DNA of 64,000 bases, taken from Desulfurococcaceae archaeon (GTDB lineage Archaea > Thermoproteota > Thermoprotei_A > Sulfolobales > Desulfurococcaceae). The notes below the pieces were generated by a model, which worked only from the letters and a program-made list of their open reading frames with translations, made no database searches and was not told where the DNA came from. A program made the translations under genes and the position numbers. Of the stretch, positions 20,372 through 32,128 are shown one piece after another. The DNA lies in assembly GCA_038816475.1 (NCBI GenBank), contig JAWBAI010000002.1:64001-128000 (forward strand), given 5' to 3'. Within the stretch, counting starts at the first letter, position 1, and each line of letters starts with the position of its first letter.

Positions 20372-23011
20372 CTACTCGATGTATTTTTCGATTATTCTAT
20401 CTACGTTGACAGCCTTACCATGATCACTCTTCATAGGGTCAACACCGTCTTCACCATACAGCAGTTGTACAATCTCTCCAAAGGCTGTTCTAACCGTTCC
20501 ATCGTAGAAGACTCTGAGATCTTGCAAAGCGTTTATTAGTCTTCTCTGCATGTAACCCGATTGACTTGTTCTCACAGCTGTGTCTATTAGTCCCTCTCTA
20601 CCTGCTGCTGCGTGGAAGAACATCTCAAGCGGATTTAACCCGTACACGAACCCTGACTTCACAAACCCTCTAGCAATAGCACTTATATCTCCCGGCTTGA
20701 AGTGCGGTAGTATCCTACCAGCGTAGCCTCTACTGAGCCTTTTACCCCTGACCGTTTGCTGTCCAAGTATACCGGACATTTGCGTTAGGTTTATCGGGTT
20801 ACCTCTTGCACCAGTTCTAGCCATTACTACAACAGGATTGTCCAGCCCGAAGTAGTTCGTAAGTACATCTGCTACTTTATCAAGTAATCTCTTTGACAAC
20901 GTATCAATGATTTCGTCTTCCAATGTTTCCTCCAAAGTTTTGCCCGGCTTTGGCACGAGTTCGCCTTTTCTATACATTTCTATCAGTTCCTCCGTTGCTT
21001 TGATACCTTCTTTGATAATCCTTTCTATTGCCTCCTTTGCCTCCGGGCTTAGTGTTAGGTGGAAGTATCCCATGGTAAACCCTGCCATCTCGCACATTCT
21101 GATGAACAACTTGTACACTTTGTCCATGAATTGTCGTCCGAAATCCTCTCCGTAGTTTTTAATCAACCAGTGAACAAGGCTTTCGGGTTCCTCTCTACCT
21201 ATACTAGCTTTATCTAATACACCCTCAAGCAACATACCTTTCTTGACTATAACAATAGTGTCGTGAGGGCAGTCCTCGTCAATGCACCTGAGAACCGATG
21301 CACTTCCCACCTTTGAGCCTCTTCTGTAGTTGAAGTCCTTTGGTAAGAATAATGATACAAGCTGCTTTCCAGTCCAGTACTCTCTTGGTTTCAGAATAGC
21401 TGGTTCCGGTATCTCTCCACGGTACCCTGCTGCTGCTATCAATGTTACAAACTTGTCTTTCGACAGTATCGTTGATTTTGTAGTCAAAAAGTATGCTCCA
21501 CTAATGTAGTCTTGCAATCCACCGATGATCGGGCCTCCATACCTGGGGGTTAAGATGTGCTTTTCTACGAGCATCAATATTCTAGCTTCTGCACGCGCTT
21601 CCTCGCTCTGCGGAACATGAAGGTTCATTTCATCTCCATCAAAGTCCGCGTTGTACGGTGGACATACTAGAAGATTCAACCTAAACGTTTTACCAGGTAG
21701 AACCCTCACGACGTGAGCCATAACCGAGATCCTGTGTAAAGACGGCTGCCTGTTGAACAGTACTATGTCGCCGTCGAGCAGATGTCTTTCAACGATAAAT
21801 CCTACTTCGAGAGACTCTGCTGCTGCTTTTCTATCAACGTACTTTAGACTTATCTTTCTTCCGTCTGGTCTAATAATGTAGTTTGCACCTGGCCATTTAT
21901 CTGGACCATTTAGGACAAGTGTTCTTAAGAAGTCCATGTTCCAAGGTGTTACTCTCTCAGGAACCGTGAGGATCTTAGCTACTTCTACGGGAACACCGAC
22001 TTCGTTTATACTTAGGTTCGGATCGGGGCTTATGACTGTTCTCGCTGAGAAATCTACCCTCTTACCTCTCAGATCTCCTCTAAACCTACCCTCTTTACCC
22101 TTAAGCCTCTGAGCTATTCCCTTTAAAACCTTTCCACTTCTATGCTTAGCTACAGGTATACCCGAGACCTCGTTGTCAAAGTACGTTGTAACGTGGTATT
22201 GCAGTAGCTCCCATTCCTCTTCAATCATAGCACTCGGAGCACCACTCTCGATGAGCTCTTTCAGCTTGTTGTTAACTCTCAGTATATCGACGAGTTTGTG
22301 AGTTAAGTCGTCTTCGCTTCTAATGCCCGTTTCCAGGGTGACAGAGGGTCTTACAGGTCTGGGTGGAACCGCTAGTACTGTTAGAACCATCCATTCTGGT
22401 CTGGCATCAACGGGATCCCCTCCTAGTAGTTTAACGTCCTCGTCGCGTATAGCTTCTAGTCTCTTTCTAATTTCACTTGGATTAAGCCTTCTCAAGCCTT
22501 CTTCGGTCTGCTCGTAGAAGGAGTGAGGTTTATCGAGCTTGATCTTGTAGGAGGGGGCTCCGCAGTGTGGGCATGTTGACGCGCTTGCTGTTTTTTTCCT
22601 AATGTATTCCTGTAGCCTCTTCGCGAGGTATGTAAGTCCGAGTTCTTCTAGGTCTTTGAGGAGTCTAAGGTATTCCTGTCTTTCATCTTCGGGTATTTTT
22701 AGCCTTCCGCATACACTGCAGGTTGTTCTTAGGTACATCAGAATGTACTTTGCAAACGCCACGTGAACAACTGGTTTTACAAGCTCTATGTGACCAAAGT
22801 GACCGGGACAGGCATCTCTCGTGTTTCCACATGTAGGGCATACTTCACCTGGTTCTATGGCTCCCATTCTTCTATCCATTACACCGCCGTCTATGGGCAT
22901 ACCGTCGTTGTCATATACGTCTGTTGTAACTACCGATGTAACGCTCATCCTGCGTATCTCGTCGGGTGAAAGTATACCGAACTTTATTCTGGAAATTCTA
23001 GAAGTAAGCAT
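20372..23011 (-). CDS. rpoA1: RNA polymerase subunit A' (Rpo1N)
   Basis: [21 protein letters not shown] catalytic motif, [11 protein letters not shown]; start at ATG 23011 or GTG 23020. Confidence 0.98.
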   Translation of the reverse strand: MLTSRISRIKFGILSPDEIRRMSVTSVVTTDVYDNDGMPIDGGVMDRRMGAIEPGEVCPTCGNTRDACPGHFGHIELVKPVVHVAFAKYILMYLRTTCSVCGRLKIPEDERQEYLRLLKDLEELGLTYLAKRLQEYIRKKTASASTCPHCGAPSYKIKLDKPHSFYEQTEEGLRRLNPSEIRKRLEAIRDEDVKLLGGDPVDARPEWMVLTVLAVPPRPVRPSVTLETGIRSEDDLTHKLVDILRVNNKLKELIESGAPSAMIEEEWELLQYHVTTYFDNEVSGIPVAKHRSGKVLKGIAQRLKGKEGRFRGDLRGKRVDFSARTVISPDPNLSINEVGVPVEVAKILTVPERVTPWNMDFLRTLVLNGPDKWPGANYIIRPDGRKISLKYVDRKAAAESLEVGFIVERHLLDGDIVLFNRQPSLHRISVMAHVVRVLPGKTFRLNLLVCPPYNADFDGDEMNLHVPQSEEARAEARILMLVEKHILTPRYGGPIIGGLQDYISGAYFLTTKSTILSKDKFVTLIAAAGYRGEIPEPAILKPREYWTGKQLVSLFLPKDFNYRRGSKVGSASVLRCIDEDCPHDTIVIVKKGMLLEGVLDKASIGREEPESLVHWLIKNYGEDFGRQFMDKVYKLFIRMCEMAGFTMGYFHLTLSPEAKEAIERIIKEGIKATEELIEMYRKGELVPKPGKTLEETLEDEIIDTLSKRLLDKVADVLTNYFGLDNPVVVMARTGARGNPINLTQMSGILGQQTVRGKRLSRGYAGRILPHFKPGDISAIARGFVKSGFVYGLNPLEMFFHAAAGREGLIDTAVRTSQSGYMQRRLINALQDLRVFYDGTVRTAFGEIVQLLYGEDGVDPMKSDHGKAVNVDRIIEKYIE

Positions 23012-23016
23012 GAATA

Positions 23017-26000
23017 TCACGCTTGCGCAAGATCTTCGATGTAAATGCGAGGTCTTATACCCATGCTTATGAGCTCCTGTAATAGCAACTTGAAAGCGTA
23101 AGATACTTCCACGGGTTTCAATTCGGCTTTCTCCTTGTGTATTGGGCACATGAACCTACCTTTGTTTTTATCGTAGTAGCCTATGAGCCCGCACTCTGTA
23201 CATATGTAGACTCTCGTGAGATCGCTTCTCTCCCTCATGGTTTCCCTTAGAAGTATAGAAGTTCCGTGTCCAACAAGACAATCGACTTCCATTTCACCCC
23301 ATCTTAATCCTCCTGCTCTTGAACGTCCTTGAGTTGGCTGTCTTGTAAGTATTTGAACAGGTCCTCTAGCTCTAGCGTGTATTTTATCTGCTACCATGTG
23401 ATGTAGCTTTTGATAGTAAACTATGCCTATGAAGACTGGTGATTCGAGTTTTTCACCAGTTCTACCATCGTACATCACCTCTTCGCCTGTTGGCATATAA
23501 CCGTGTCTTTTCAGTATCAACCTGAAGTTATCAATACTCTTGTTTTCATAGAAGGGTGTAGCGTCTATGAACTCTCCTTGGAGAGCAGCGGCTTTCCCTG
23601 CAATAGACTCAAGTAGCTGTCCAACGGTCATTCTGCTGGGGAATGCGTGCGGGTTTATTATCAAGTCCGGAGTAATACCTTCCTCGTTGAAAGGCATATC
23701 ATACTGTGGAACAAGTAGTCCTACAACACCCTTCTGTCCATGCCTTGATGCGAACTTATCTCCGAGCTCTGGTATTCTTAGGTCTCTAACCTTAACCTTA
23801 ATTAGCTTATTTCCTTCATCATCCAGGGTGATTACTACGACATCAACAACTCCTTTTTCACCGTGTCTTACAGCTATACTGGTGTCTTGACGTGTAAGTC
23901 CTCCAACACCGTACTCCTGAGCGCTCAGGAACCTGGGTGGACTCGTTTTACCAACTAGGACTTGCCCCCCGTAGACCTCTGTTTCAGGAGCTACTATGCC
24001 ATCATCTTCGAGCAATTCGTATGCTTGGTGTCCACGATAACCGCGAACACTTGGTGGAGGTCTAGTTATTTCGTCTTGTATACCACCGGGGTACTTGTAT
24101 TCAACTGTAGCATATAGTCTGAAGAACGTGGACCTCGCGAGCCCGCGGTCTACGCTACTCTTGTTTAGAATAACGGCGTCCTCCATGTTGTAGCCGGTGT
24201 ACGTTAGAACAGCAACAACCATGTTTTGACCTGATGGTCTCTCCTCATATCCCACCGCGCTGATAGCTTTAGTTGTTACTAGTGGTTTCTGCACGTAGTG
24301 GAGTAGATGACCACGAGTATCTACTCTTCTCTGAAAAGCAGCGCTACTTAATCCAAGTGCTTGCTTAGCCATAGCTGCTTCGTACATGTTTCTTGGACTC
24401 TGATTGTGCTCTGAGTATGGTATGATTGAAGCTGTAATTCCGAATATCCCGGGTAACCAGAGCTCTAGATGAGTATGTTCGTTCGTTACCATTTCGGGGG
24501 ATAGTGCTACGTAAGCTGATTCTTCCTCATCAGGGTCTAGGTACTCAATAATTCCAGCTTTGACCAGGTCGTCAAAGGTAAGCTTACCTTCTTTTAGTTT
24601 TTTGACATGCTCTTTTGTGAGCTTGGGCTTACCATTTTCCACGACTATTAAGGGTCTTCTTATACGACCTGGGTCGGTGTTGATCATCACTTCATTAATG
24701 TGCTCAGTTTTAATGTGAACCACATTTACTTCGTGACTTAACTTGCTCGTTCTTCTGAGCGTTCTAATGGTTTTTACCAAGTAGTCTGGGTTGGAGTGAA
24801 AACCTATGAACTTGCCGTTTAAGAACACTTTTGCGTAGTTCGCATATTCGATGCCAGGGTGTTCTCCTTTATCAAGCTCCTCAATAATCGCTTCAAGATA
24901 TCCCTTTAGAACCTTTCCTCTTACTCTCTTGGTTATTACTGGTATTACTCCGTGTTCATAGAGAAGGTTTTCCACCTCTTTGTCCTCTACACCTACGCTC
25001 ACGTTAACTAGTAGTGCTAGGTTTTTAACAAGACCTATGTTAGTACCTTCGGGTGTTTCGAAGGGGCAAATTCTACCCCATTGAGTACCGTGTAGTTCTC
25101 TTGCCTCGAAGTGCGGTTGACCGCGCGCTAGTGGCGAAACTACTCTTCTTAGATGACTCAGTGTGCTCATATAGTTGGTACGGTCCAGTAGCTGGCTAAC
25201 ACCTGTTCTTCCACCCGGCCAATTACCCGTAGCCATAGCGTGCATTATTCTATCCGTTATCACAGTATGCTTAAACGCTACTTTGAGCTCTATTCTGCCA
25301 GTTTTTGATATTTGCTTTTCGATTTCCTCTCTTACCTCTCTCGTGAAAGCCACCAGAGCTGTTCTGATAAGCGTTGCCAGCAGGTCACCAGCGAGCTTCA
25401 ACCTCTTGTTTCTATAGTGGTCCTTATCGTCGGGTTGCCTATACCCAAGCATAAGCTCTATTATTCTTGCTATCATCTGCCCTATGAAGACAGCTTTCAG
25501 TAATCTTGTTTCACGGCTCGGATCTGTACCTATGTGGGGGAGTAATCTTTCGTCGAGAAGTCTTCTAGCTCTTTGAATTCTTTCTTCTCTAGGTCTACCG
25601 ATGGCAAACCTTGAACCAATAAAGTCCAATGCCTCTTCTACAATTCTCTCTTTGTACTTCTTAACGTACTCCCTGATCTTATCATCGGGTAAGTCCGAGG
25701 GTATTTCGAGCTTAGGTAAAGCCTGCTCTGCTTGGAGTATGGATGGAAGAAGATACGTGTGGTAAACAGGGTTTGCACTAACAGCGTACAGAATTTCACG
25801 GGTGTCTAAACCGAGAGCTATCATGAGTATAACTGCCGGGATCTTGTGCCCCTGTACATTAGCGTAGAATATTCCATCCTTCTTTCTATCTATGATCAGC
25901 TGCGACCTTCGCCCCCTTGACGCGCTAATAACTTTTGCTGTATGCGTGATTCCTGTACCTTCTTGACCGTAGTCGACCAGTATAGTATTGCTCGCAAGAT

Positions 26001-26502
26001 CCTCCTGAGCTACGAGAACTTTCTCACTACCATTGATAATAAAGTATCCGCCGGGATCTCTGGGGTCTTCGCCGTGCTCTATCAGTTCTTGCTGAGTCAT
26101 CTTGCTTAGTGGATCTATCTCTGATCTCAACATTACAGGTAGGTCCATGAGTTTTAACTCGGTTTCTCTAGAAATACCCATGCAGTTTAATCTAACTGTA
26201 ACGTAAACAGGTGCCATGTAAGTGAGATTTCTAATTCTGCACTCGAGTGGGGTTTTATACTGTGTTGTACCATCTACCTCCGTCCACTGGGGTTGTCCAA
26301 TCCTGTACTTTTCTATATAGAGATAGCAGTCGGGTGTTATTGGTATTTCTCTGAACTCCTCAATGATCGATGGTAAGATTTCGCGTATAAACCTATTGTA
26401 GCTGTCTAGGTGCTGTCTTACTAGTCCTTTCTCCTCTAGGTACTTTTTCGCCACAATCCAGAGGTCTTCGTGCGTTAAGGTGTCTGCACTTGTATTGCTC
26501 AA
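23017..26502 (-). CDS. rpoB: RNA polymerase subunit B (unsplit Rpo2)
   Basis: [50 protein letters not shown]. Confidence 0.99.
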   Translation of the reverse strand: MSNTSADTLTHEDLWIVAKKYLEEKGLVRQHLDSYNRFIREILPSIIEEFREIPITPDCYLYIEKYRIGQPQWTEVDGTTQYKTPLECRIRNLTYMAPVYVTVRLNCMGISRETELKLMDLPVMLRSEIDPLSKMTQQELIEHGEDPRDPGGYFIINGSEKVLVAQEDLASNTILVDYGQEGTGITHTAKVISASRGRRSQLIIDRKKDGIFYANVQGHKIPAVILMIALGLDTREILYAVSANPVYHTYLLPSILQAEQALPKLEIPSDLPDDKIREYVKKYKERIVEEALDFIGSRFAIGRPREERIQRARRLLDERLLPHIGTDPSRETRLLKAVFIGQMIARIIELMLGYRQPDDKDHYRNKRLKLAGDLLATLIRTALVAFTREVREEIEKQISKTGRIELKVAFKHTVITDRIMHAMATGNWPGGRTGVSQLLDRTNYMSTLSHLRRVVSPLARGQPHFEARELHGTQWGRICPFETPEGTNIGLVKNLALLVNVSVGVEDKEVENLLYEHGVIPVITKRVRGKVLKGYLEAIIEELDKGEHPGIEYANYAKVFLNGKFIGFHSNPDYLVKTIRTLRRTSKLSHEVNVVHIKTEHINEVMINTDPGRIRRPLIVVENGKPKLTKEHVKKLKEGKLTFDDLVKAGIIEYLDPDEEESAYVALSPEMVTNEHTHLELWLPGIFGITASIIPYSEHNQSPRNMYEAAMAKQALGLSSAAFQRRVDTRGHLLHYVQKPLVTTKAISAVGYEERPSGQNMVVAVLTYTGYNMEDAVILNKSSVDRGLARSTFFRLYATVEYKYPGGIQDEITRPPPSVRGYRGHQAYELLEDDGIVAPETEVYGGQVLVGKTSPPRFLSAQEYGVGGLTRQDTSIAVRHGEKGVVDVVVITLDDEGNKLIKVKVRDLRIPELGDKFASRHGQKGVVGLLVPQYDMPFNEEGITPDLIINPHAFPSRMTVGQLLESIAGKAAALQGEFIDATPFYENKSIDNFRLILKRHGYMPTGEEVMYDGRTGEKLESPVFIGIVYYQKLHHMVADKIHARARGPVQILTRQPTQGRSRAGGLRWGEMEVDCLVGHGTSILLRETMRERSDLTRVYICTECGLIGYYDKNKGRFMCPIHKEKAELKPVEVSYAFKLLLQELISMGIRPRIYIEDLAQA

Positions 26503-26756
26503 GGCTTCTTTGTCACCTCTACAACTACGTACCTGTAAGCAATGGATACCCCAGCAGTAGGACTTTTTCTAACAATCCTTATAATATCTCCTGGCTTCGC
26601 TCCTATAGCTTTAACCACCGGATCCTCAGTAGAGATCCATGGAAGTTGCCACGGTTTTATGCCTAGTTCATCCAGAATGCGCTTTGCTTCTTCCGGAGGT
26701 ACAATTTCGTGCTTTGGAACAAGCTCGTGCTCAAGGATGTTAACCTGCTTGCTCAT
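26499..26756 (-). CDS. rpoH: RNA polymerase subunit H (Rpo5)
   Basis: [23 protein letters not shown]. Confidence 0.98.
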   Translation of the reverse strand: MSKQVNILEHELVPKHEIVPPEEAKRILDELGIKPWQLPWISTEDPVVKAIGAKPGDIIRIVRKSPTAGVSIAYRYVVVEVTKKP

Positions 26757-26853
26757 AGTATCCGATACCTCTAAGCATCAGCACCTTATATATACACACT
26801 TTAAACGCTTTTTAAAGCGGATTCATAGAGTTTCTCTTTAACAACCATATAAG

Positions 26854-26940
<87 letters not shown>

Positions 26941-27109
26941 ACCACAACTCACTCTAAGCAAAAGGGCTTAAAAGCGTTTAAAGGAGAGGCTTGAGTCAAG
27001 TAAGTTTTATACGTTTCTAGAACCACATATTACTGGATTGAAGTGTGCCTTGCTGATCGAGGTGAAATAGTCTTATTAACCATGCAACTTACCTTTTACA
27101 GCACCTGGC

Positions 27110-28324
27110 TTGCGTGTAGAGGTGATGCTAGTGGAAGGCTTTGACATAATTGAGGAGATCATCAGAAAAAGAGGTTTGGTATCGAGAATTTTTGCCAATA
27201 GAGAAATACTGCATCCTGATTACATACCTGATACATTGCCTCATAGAGAAAGAGAAATAGCCAAGCTCGCTGAGATACTAGTAGTATCTGCGAAAGGCGA
27301 AAAACCAAGTAATGTTTTTCTCTACGGGTTAACAGGTACTGGTAAAACCGTAGTAGCCAAGTACGTTGTAAAAAAACTCACGGAGAAAGTAGCTACACTC
27401 GGTGTAAAACTGAACTACGCATACGTTAACACCAGAAAAGTGGATACCGCGTACAAGGTTTTCTCTCAGGTAGCTTCTAGCATAGGGTTAAGAGTACCGC
27501 ATACAGGGTTAGCTCTCAGCGAAATCTACAGAAGATACGTAAACGCGCTGGACAGCTGGGGAGGTCTTCACATAGTTATTCTTGATGAAATCGACTACTT
27601 CGTGAAGAAAAACGGAGATGATGTACTGTACAGGCTTCTGAGAATAAACGAAGATCTATCCAGAGCAAAGGTTTCGATTATAGGGATTACAAACAACTTG
27701 TACTTTGTCGAAAACCTTGATCCAAGAGTGAAGTCGAGTCTAGGAGAAGAGGAAATAGTTTTCACACCGTACAACGCTGAACAATTGTTCACTATACTAA
27801 AGCAGAGAGCTGAAAAAGCCTTTAAACAGGGTGTTGTAGATGATGGTGTTCTCTCCTACTGTGCTGCATTAGCAGCTAGAGAGCATGGTGATGCCCGGAG
27901 GGCTTTAGACCTGCTTAGAGTCGCAGGTGAAATAGCTGAAAGAGAGAACGCTGAAAAGGTAACGGTAGATCACGTCAAAAAAGCTCTTGCGGAAATAGAA
28001 GAAGGGAGAGTATACCACAGCATAGTATCACTGCCAATGCATCAGAAACTCGTATTGAAAGCTATTATTGATACAGTTTCAAAGAAGGGTTTTGCAACAA
28101 CAGGTGAGGTTTACCAGGTATACACCGAAGAAGCGAGTAAAAGAGGACTTGAACCTCTGTCGCTCAGGAGAATCAGTGACATTATTTCACAGCTAGATAT
28201 GATGGGACTTATTTTAGCAGAAGTCGTTAACAGAGGTAGACACGGAGTTACGAAAATAGTTAAAGTCAAAAACGATGTCGTGGACATTGCAAACGAGGTT
28301 CTGAAAAACCTTGATGCAATCTAA
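27110..28324 (+). CDS. cdc6: Orc1/Cdc6 replication initiator
   Basis: LPHRE, Walker A GLTGTGKT, Walker B LDEID, LDPRVKSSL, GDARRALDLLR, C-terminal winged helix; start uncertain. Confidence 0.97.
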   Translation: MRVEVMLVEGFDIIEEIIRKRGLVSRIFANREILHPDYIPDTLPHREREIAKLAEILVVSAKGEKPSNVFLYGLTGTGKTVVAKYVVKKLTEKVATLGVKLNYAYVNTRKVDTAYKVFSQVASSIGLRVPHTGLALSEIYRRYVNALDSWGGLHIVILDEIDYFVKKNGDDVLYRLLRINEDLSRAKVSIIGITNNLYFVENLDPRVKSSLGEEEIVFTPYNAEQLFTILKQRAEKAFKQGVVDDGVLSYCAALAAREHGDARRALDLLRVAGEIAERENAEKVTVDHVKKALAEIEEGRVYHSIVSLPMHQKLVLKAIIDTVSKKGFATTGEVYQVYTEEASKRGLEPLSLRRISDIISQLDMMGLILAEVVNRGRHGVTKIVKVKNDVVDIANEVLKNLDAI

Positions 28325-28886
28325 AGTTGAAGCTTACGATGATGGATTTTTTCCACCACACTACAAAGGTGGAAAAGGCTATACATACATCGCCGGTGTT
28401 TGCACTCACGGACCCAATAAAGTGTTAAGGATCGCTTGGAGCACGGTTAAAGTAGATGGAAACACAACTATGAACACTATACTCGAGCTCACGAAAATCC
28501 TAGAAGGAGAAATAATAATCCTCGATGGTGTCACCTACGCTGGGTTCGACTCTGTGGACCCAGACGTCTTAACATCAAGTACCGGTAAAGCTACCATAGT
28601 AGTACTTCAGTACCCGCTAAACCTTAGTCGAATTGAGAAAGCTCTAAAGAAGCACTTTGAAGACTGGATGGAGAGATTTCGTGTCATAAGAAAAGTTTAC
28701 GAGAACAGTATTCACGTTGCAACACCGTGGAAAACCATCAGGATCTACGCTACTGGTGTAGGTATCGAGAAAGCTCTAGAAACAATGAGAATGCTTTGCA
28801 TATATAGTCCTATACCGGAACCCCTCAGGATAGCACACACAATTGCATCCGCTCTATCTAGACTTAGAATGAGCATTAAACCTTAG
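28311..28886 (+). CDS. DUF99 family protein (endonuclease V-like)
   Basis: DDGFF, VDG, ILDGVTYAGF, PEPLRIAH. Confidence 0.85.
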   Translation: MMQSKVEAYDDGFFPPHYKGGKGYTYIAGVCTHGPNKVLRIAWSTVKVDGNTTMNTILELTKILEGEIIILDGVTYAGFDSVDPDVLTSSTGKATIVVLQYPLNLSRIEKALKKHFEDWMERFRVIRKVYENSIHVATPWKTIRIYATGVGIEKALETMRMLCIYSPIPEPLRIAHTIASALSRLRMSIKP

Positions 28887-29164
28887 AGTCTGCAATTTGA
28901 AATACTTTGTACTAAACCCGTCGTTCCCGATTTCGTACTAGTTTCTGTCGGTTTTAGAGAGGAAAATGCTTATGGATACTCTACATAATGAATCGTTTGG
29001 AAGCGATCTCTATGGAGTTGAAACCCCCGGTTGAGGTTTCCTTGGGAATATTGGAGTTTGAGGCTTCCGGCTGTTCTGAACCCACAGGAGTTATGTGAAC
29101 CCAAGACCAATTCAGAGAAGTGGGTGAAGCGATTCCATCAATTGACATACAGGAATTAAATTAA
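28887..29164. promoter_or_regulatory. Candidate replication origin (repeat-rich, ORB-like)
   Basis: Non-coding gap between the cdc6 operon and tRNA-Gln; several short direct repeats and an ORB-like TTCCCAAGGAAAC...GGGGG on the minus strand (29024-29048). Confidence 0.35.
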
Positions 29165-29250
29165 TAGCCGGGCGGGGATTCGAACCCCGGTCACGGGGTT
29201 TCCTCCGAACGGCCAAAGCCCCGCATCCTTGGCCGCTAGACGACCCGGCT
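29165..29250 (-). tRNA. tRNA-Gln(TTG) with 13-nt intron at 37/38 (intron 29200-29212)
   Basis: AGCCGGG/CCCGGCT acceptor; CGGGG CT TTG G [CCGTTCGGAGGAA] A CCCCG; GGTTCGAATCC T arm. Confidence 0.95.
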
Positions 29251-29412
29251 ACTTGTCCGTACTTTTATATTTGATAACAAGGGCTTAATAGGTCTTTCAC
29301 ACGCAGAGCGGTGCTCTGGTTCAATTCATCTTTATTCTTTTAAAAGCCTTCTCATGAGTAAGGTTTTTAAACTTAGCGTTAAGTATATAAGGGGGTAAAT
29401 CAGGCCAATATT

Positions 29413-30402
29413 ATGCTGGTGTTTTGTACTATGCTCTTCTTCGAGGAACCTGTCGAAGAAGAATCTTCTCAGCAATCTCAACCTTCCTCAAAAGAGCAAG
29501 GTTCATCTATCGAGTGTCCTCAAGATAAGATAGTGTATGATGTATCAAAGGCAGAGTACGTGTGCTTGGAAACAGGAGAAGTCATTGAAGACAGGGTAAT
29601 TGATGAAAGAGCTGAGTGGAGAGCGTTTACGCCGGAGGAGAGAGAAAGAAGAGCTAGAGCTGGTAGTCCAATTACACCCACAGTACACGATATGGGTTTC
29701 ACCACGGCAATAGATTACATGGATAGAGATGCATCTGGTAAAGTTCTAGTGAACAAGAAGTATCAGCTTAGCAAGCTTAGAAAGCTGCAATCAAGAACGA
29801 GAATTCTAAGTAGTGTTGAGAGGAACCTAGCACAAGCCATGAACGAGCTAGACAGATTAGCAAGCGCTCTTAATCTCCCATCGTACATCAAGGAGGAAGC
29901 TGCGCGAATATACAGAGAAGCTGTTATTAAAGGCCTCGTTCGTGGTAGAAGCATTGAAAGCGTTGTAGCCTCTGCCGTTTACTTAGCATGTAGAATAAGG
30001 AAACTGCCAAGAACGCTCGATGAGATTCAAGAGTATACAAAGGTTAGTAGGAAGGAAATTGCACGTTGCTATAGAATGCTCGTTAGAGAACTAGGAATAA
30101 GACCAACTACAGTGGATCCATCGGACTTCGTACCAAGAATAGCCCGCGACCTTAAGTTACCTGGATCCGTTGTTAAGACAGCAATAGAAATAATTAACAA
30201 GGCAAGAGATGCCGGTGTTCTCGGAGGCAAAGACCCCGTGGGTTCGGCCGCAGCTGCAGTATACTTAGCTTCCAAATTGCTCAACGTTGATGTATCACAA
30301 AAAGAGGTAGCAAACAAAGCAGGAGTAACAGAGGTTACTGTTAGAAACAGGTGCAAAGAATTCATGGACGCCCTCGGAATACAGGTGGAAGGTTTAGAAT
30401 AG
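29413..30402 (+). CDS. tfb: Transcription initiation factor TFB (TFB1 type)
   Basis: EWRAF B-reader, ERNL..A, GRSIES, GKDP.G.AAA, AGVTEVTVRNR; degenerate zinc ribbon as in crenarchaeal TFB1; start 29413 or 29431. Confidence 0.97.
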   Translation: MLVFCTMLFFEEPVEEESSQQSQPSSKEQGSSIECPQDKIVYDVSKAEYVCLETGEVIEDRVIDERAEWRAFTPEERERRARAGSPITPTVHDMGFTTAIDYMDRDASGKVLVNKKYQLSKLRKLQSRTRILSSVERNLAQAMNELDRLASALNLPSYIKEEAARIYREAVIKGLVRGRSIESVVASAVYLACRIRKLPRTLDEIQEYTKVSRKEIARCYRMLVRELGIRPTTVDPSDFVPRIARDLKLPGSVVKTAIEIINKARDAGVLGGKDPVGSAAAAVYLASKLLNVDVSQKEVANKAGVTEVTVRNRCKEFMDALGIQVEGLE

Positions 30403-30468
30403 GCCTGAGCAGGTACAGATTTTAAAAACGTTGAACCGTATGTACATGCATATAGCCATGTTTATTCA

Positions 30469-30795
30469 CTAGCTCATCACTATAACGTTCTCCTCCGGTA
30501 AACCCAGTTCTTCTACTAGCATTTGCTTAACTCTCTGTCTATGATCCCCCTGAACCTCTATTCTACCCTCCTCCTCTCTGTATGTTCCACCCGCAGCTAG
30601 CTTAGTCTTAAGAAATCTTGCTAGGTGCTTAAGGAGTTCTTTATCGTTGGGTAGCCCGTCTATCACGGTAACAGGCTTACCGAATTTTCTTACGTCTAGC
30701 CTTATCTTTATTAGCGGTGCTTCAACTAGTAGTTTTTCACAAATCTCTGAGGGCATACCACCGCATTCTAATCCTGACATGCGCTTCCATACCAC
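30469..30795 (-). CDS. sui1: Translation initiation factor aIF1 (SUI1)
   Basis: RKFGKPVTVIDG, LKTKLAAGGT, IEVQGDHR. Confidence 0.95.
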   Translation of the reverse strand: MVWKRMSGLECGGMPSEICEKLLVEAPLIKIRLDVRKFGKPVTVIDGLPNDKELLKHLARFLKTKLAAGGTYREEEGRIEVQGDHRQRVKQMLVEELGLPEENVIVMS

Positions 30796-30989
30796 CGGAA
30801 TTCTACTATAGTAACATGGCTTAAAAGCCTAAAACTATAATAGAAGCTTCACGCTACTCGACGCTTAATCCGTTCTGTACTTACCTGGTTTTACCGTGAG
30901 AAAGAAGCACGAGGTTTTTACCAAGGAAAAGTTATAACGGTTTTTAAAATTAACGAGTAAAAGGGTATGAAGAGTTAATGGTGCTTTGA

Positions 30990-31139
30990 ATGGTCAAGTA
31001 CAAATGCGGTAGATGCGGATACGTATTCGACGTTGAAGAGATGATCAAAACGTTTGGTAGACAAGTTAGATGCCCTAAGTGTACCTACGAGATAATCTAT
31101 AAAGTCGCGAGAACATATAGAATTGTTAGAGCGATCTAG
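30990..31139 (+). CDS. rpoP: RNA polymerase subunit P (Rpo12), 49 aa, absent from the ORF track
   Basis: Manual translation MVKYKCGRCGYVFDVEEMIKTFGRQVRCPKCTYEIIYKVARTYRIVRAI; GGTG SD upstream. Confidence 0.9.
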   Translation: MVKYKCGRCGYVFDVEEMIKTFGRQVRCPKCTYEIIYKVARTYRIVRAI

Positions 31140-32002
31140 CTGCTTTTCATCTTTTCAACGTATAATCCAACAATCTCCAGTCCTATTTTTGCTGCTACTA
31201 TGCTAGTTATATCGCCGTGGTCTACGAGTGGGTTCACCTCGACCAAGTCTACAGCAACTAAGTTCTCAGTTTTACTGAGGACCTTGATAAGAGCTTTTGC
31301 AAACTCCTCTAGACTTAGTCCTAAAGGTTCTGGGTTTGAAACCCCGGGAGCTACTGAGGGGTCTAACACGTCTAAGTCTATACTTATGTAGACGCGTCCC
31401 AGGTTTCCCAGGTCAAGATCACCTTTCCTAACCCTTAGAACATTGTACAACTCAACCTTTGAGTTCTTTGCGAATTCCAGTTCATCTCTACTGTAGGCTC
31501 TCGAGCCAATATGTACTACTTTAAACCCCTCTTCAACAAGTTTTCTCAGAAATGTTGCATGGTTCAACATGGATCCCAAGTACTCAGACCTCATGTCTAG
31601 ATGCGCGTCGAATACGATCAACGTGTCTATTTTGTTCTTCAGAGCTAACACTGTTGGATAAGTAACCAGGTGCTCGCCACCTAGAACAATAAGTAGTTGT
31701 TCATGCTCCCTGCTTATACTCCTGACAGCGTAATCTACTAGCTCAAGTGATCTTTCAACATCTCCTGGAGGAATGTTCAAGTCTCCGTAGTCTCTGTAGC
31801 CGATATCCTCCAGCGATCTCTCAGCTAGAAGACTGTAAAGTTCCAGGTTGCACGACGCTTCTCTAATTCTAGCTGGTGCAAACCTGCTTCCAGGTCTATA
31901 AGTGCTTGTCGCATCTAGAGGTACACCAACAACTGCTATTGGTGATAGCTCATCGCTCACGCATCCAAAAACCCTTGGGAGTAGCAGGGTTCTCCAGCTC
32001 AT
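31136..32002 (-). CDS. speB: Agmatinase / ureohydrolase family
   Basis: GGEH, DAHLD, SIDLDVLDP..APG...PEP.G. Confidence 0.93.
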   Translation of the reverse strand: MSWRTLLLPRVFGCVSDELSPIAVVGVPLDATSTYRPGSRFAPARIREASCNLELYSLLAERSLEDIGYRDYGDLNIPPGDVERSLELVDYAVRSISREHEQLLIVLGGEHLVTYPTVLALKNKIDTLIVFDAHLDMRSEYLGSMLNHATFLRKLVEEGFKVVHIGSRAYSRDELEFAKNSKVELYNVLRVRKGDLDLGNLGRVYISIDLDVLDPSVAPGVSNPEPLGLSLEEFAKALIKVLSKTENLVAVDLVEVNPLVDHGDITSIVAAKIGLEIVGLYVEKMKSS

Positions 32003-32128
32003 AGGTGATCACTACACGCTTTAAACTAATCATTCTTTTAAATTACCGGAAACACATTATAATATCCCAAAGTATATGCCTATGCTTAGAGCTACTCGAG
32101 GCGTGTGGTATTGGTGTTCACAAACAAC

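Noticed and set aside
23021-23149. N-terminal extension of RpoA' in the ORF track (similarly rpoD 13696-13758 and gltX 8043-8093)
   Set aside because: Longest-ORF artefacts overlapping the upstream gene; SD-preceded starts exist at the conserved positions.
28981-29148. 55-codon minus-strand ORF (MSIDGIASPT...) in the candidate origin
   Set aside because: No SD or recognisable motif; better explained as a chance frame across DNA repeats.
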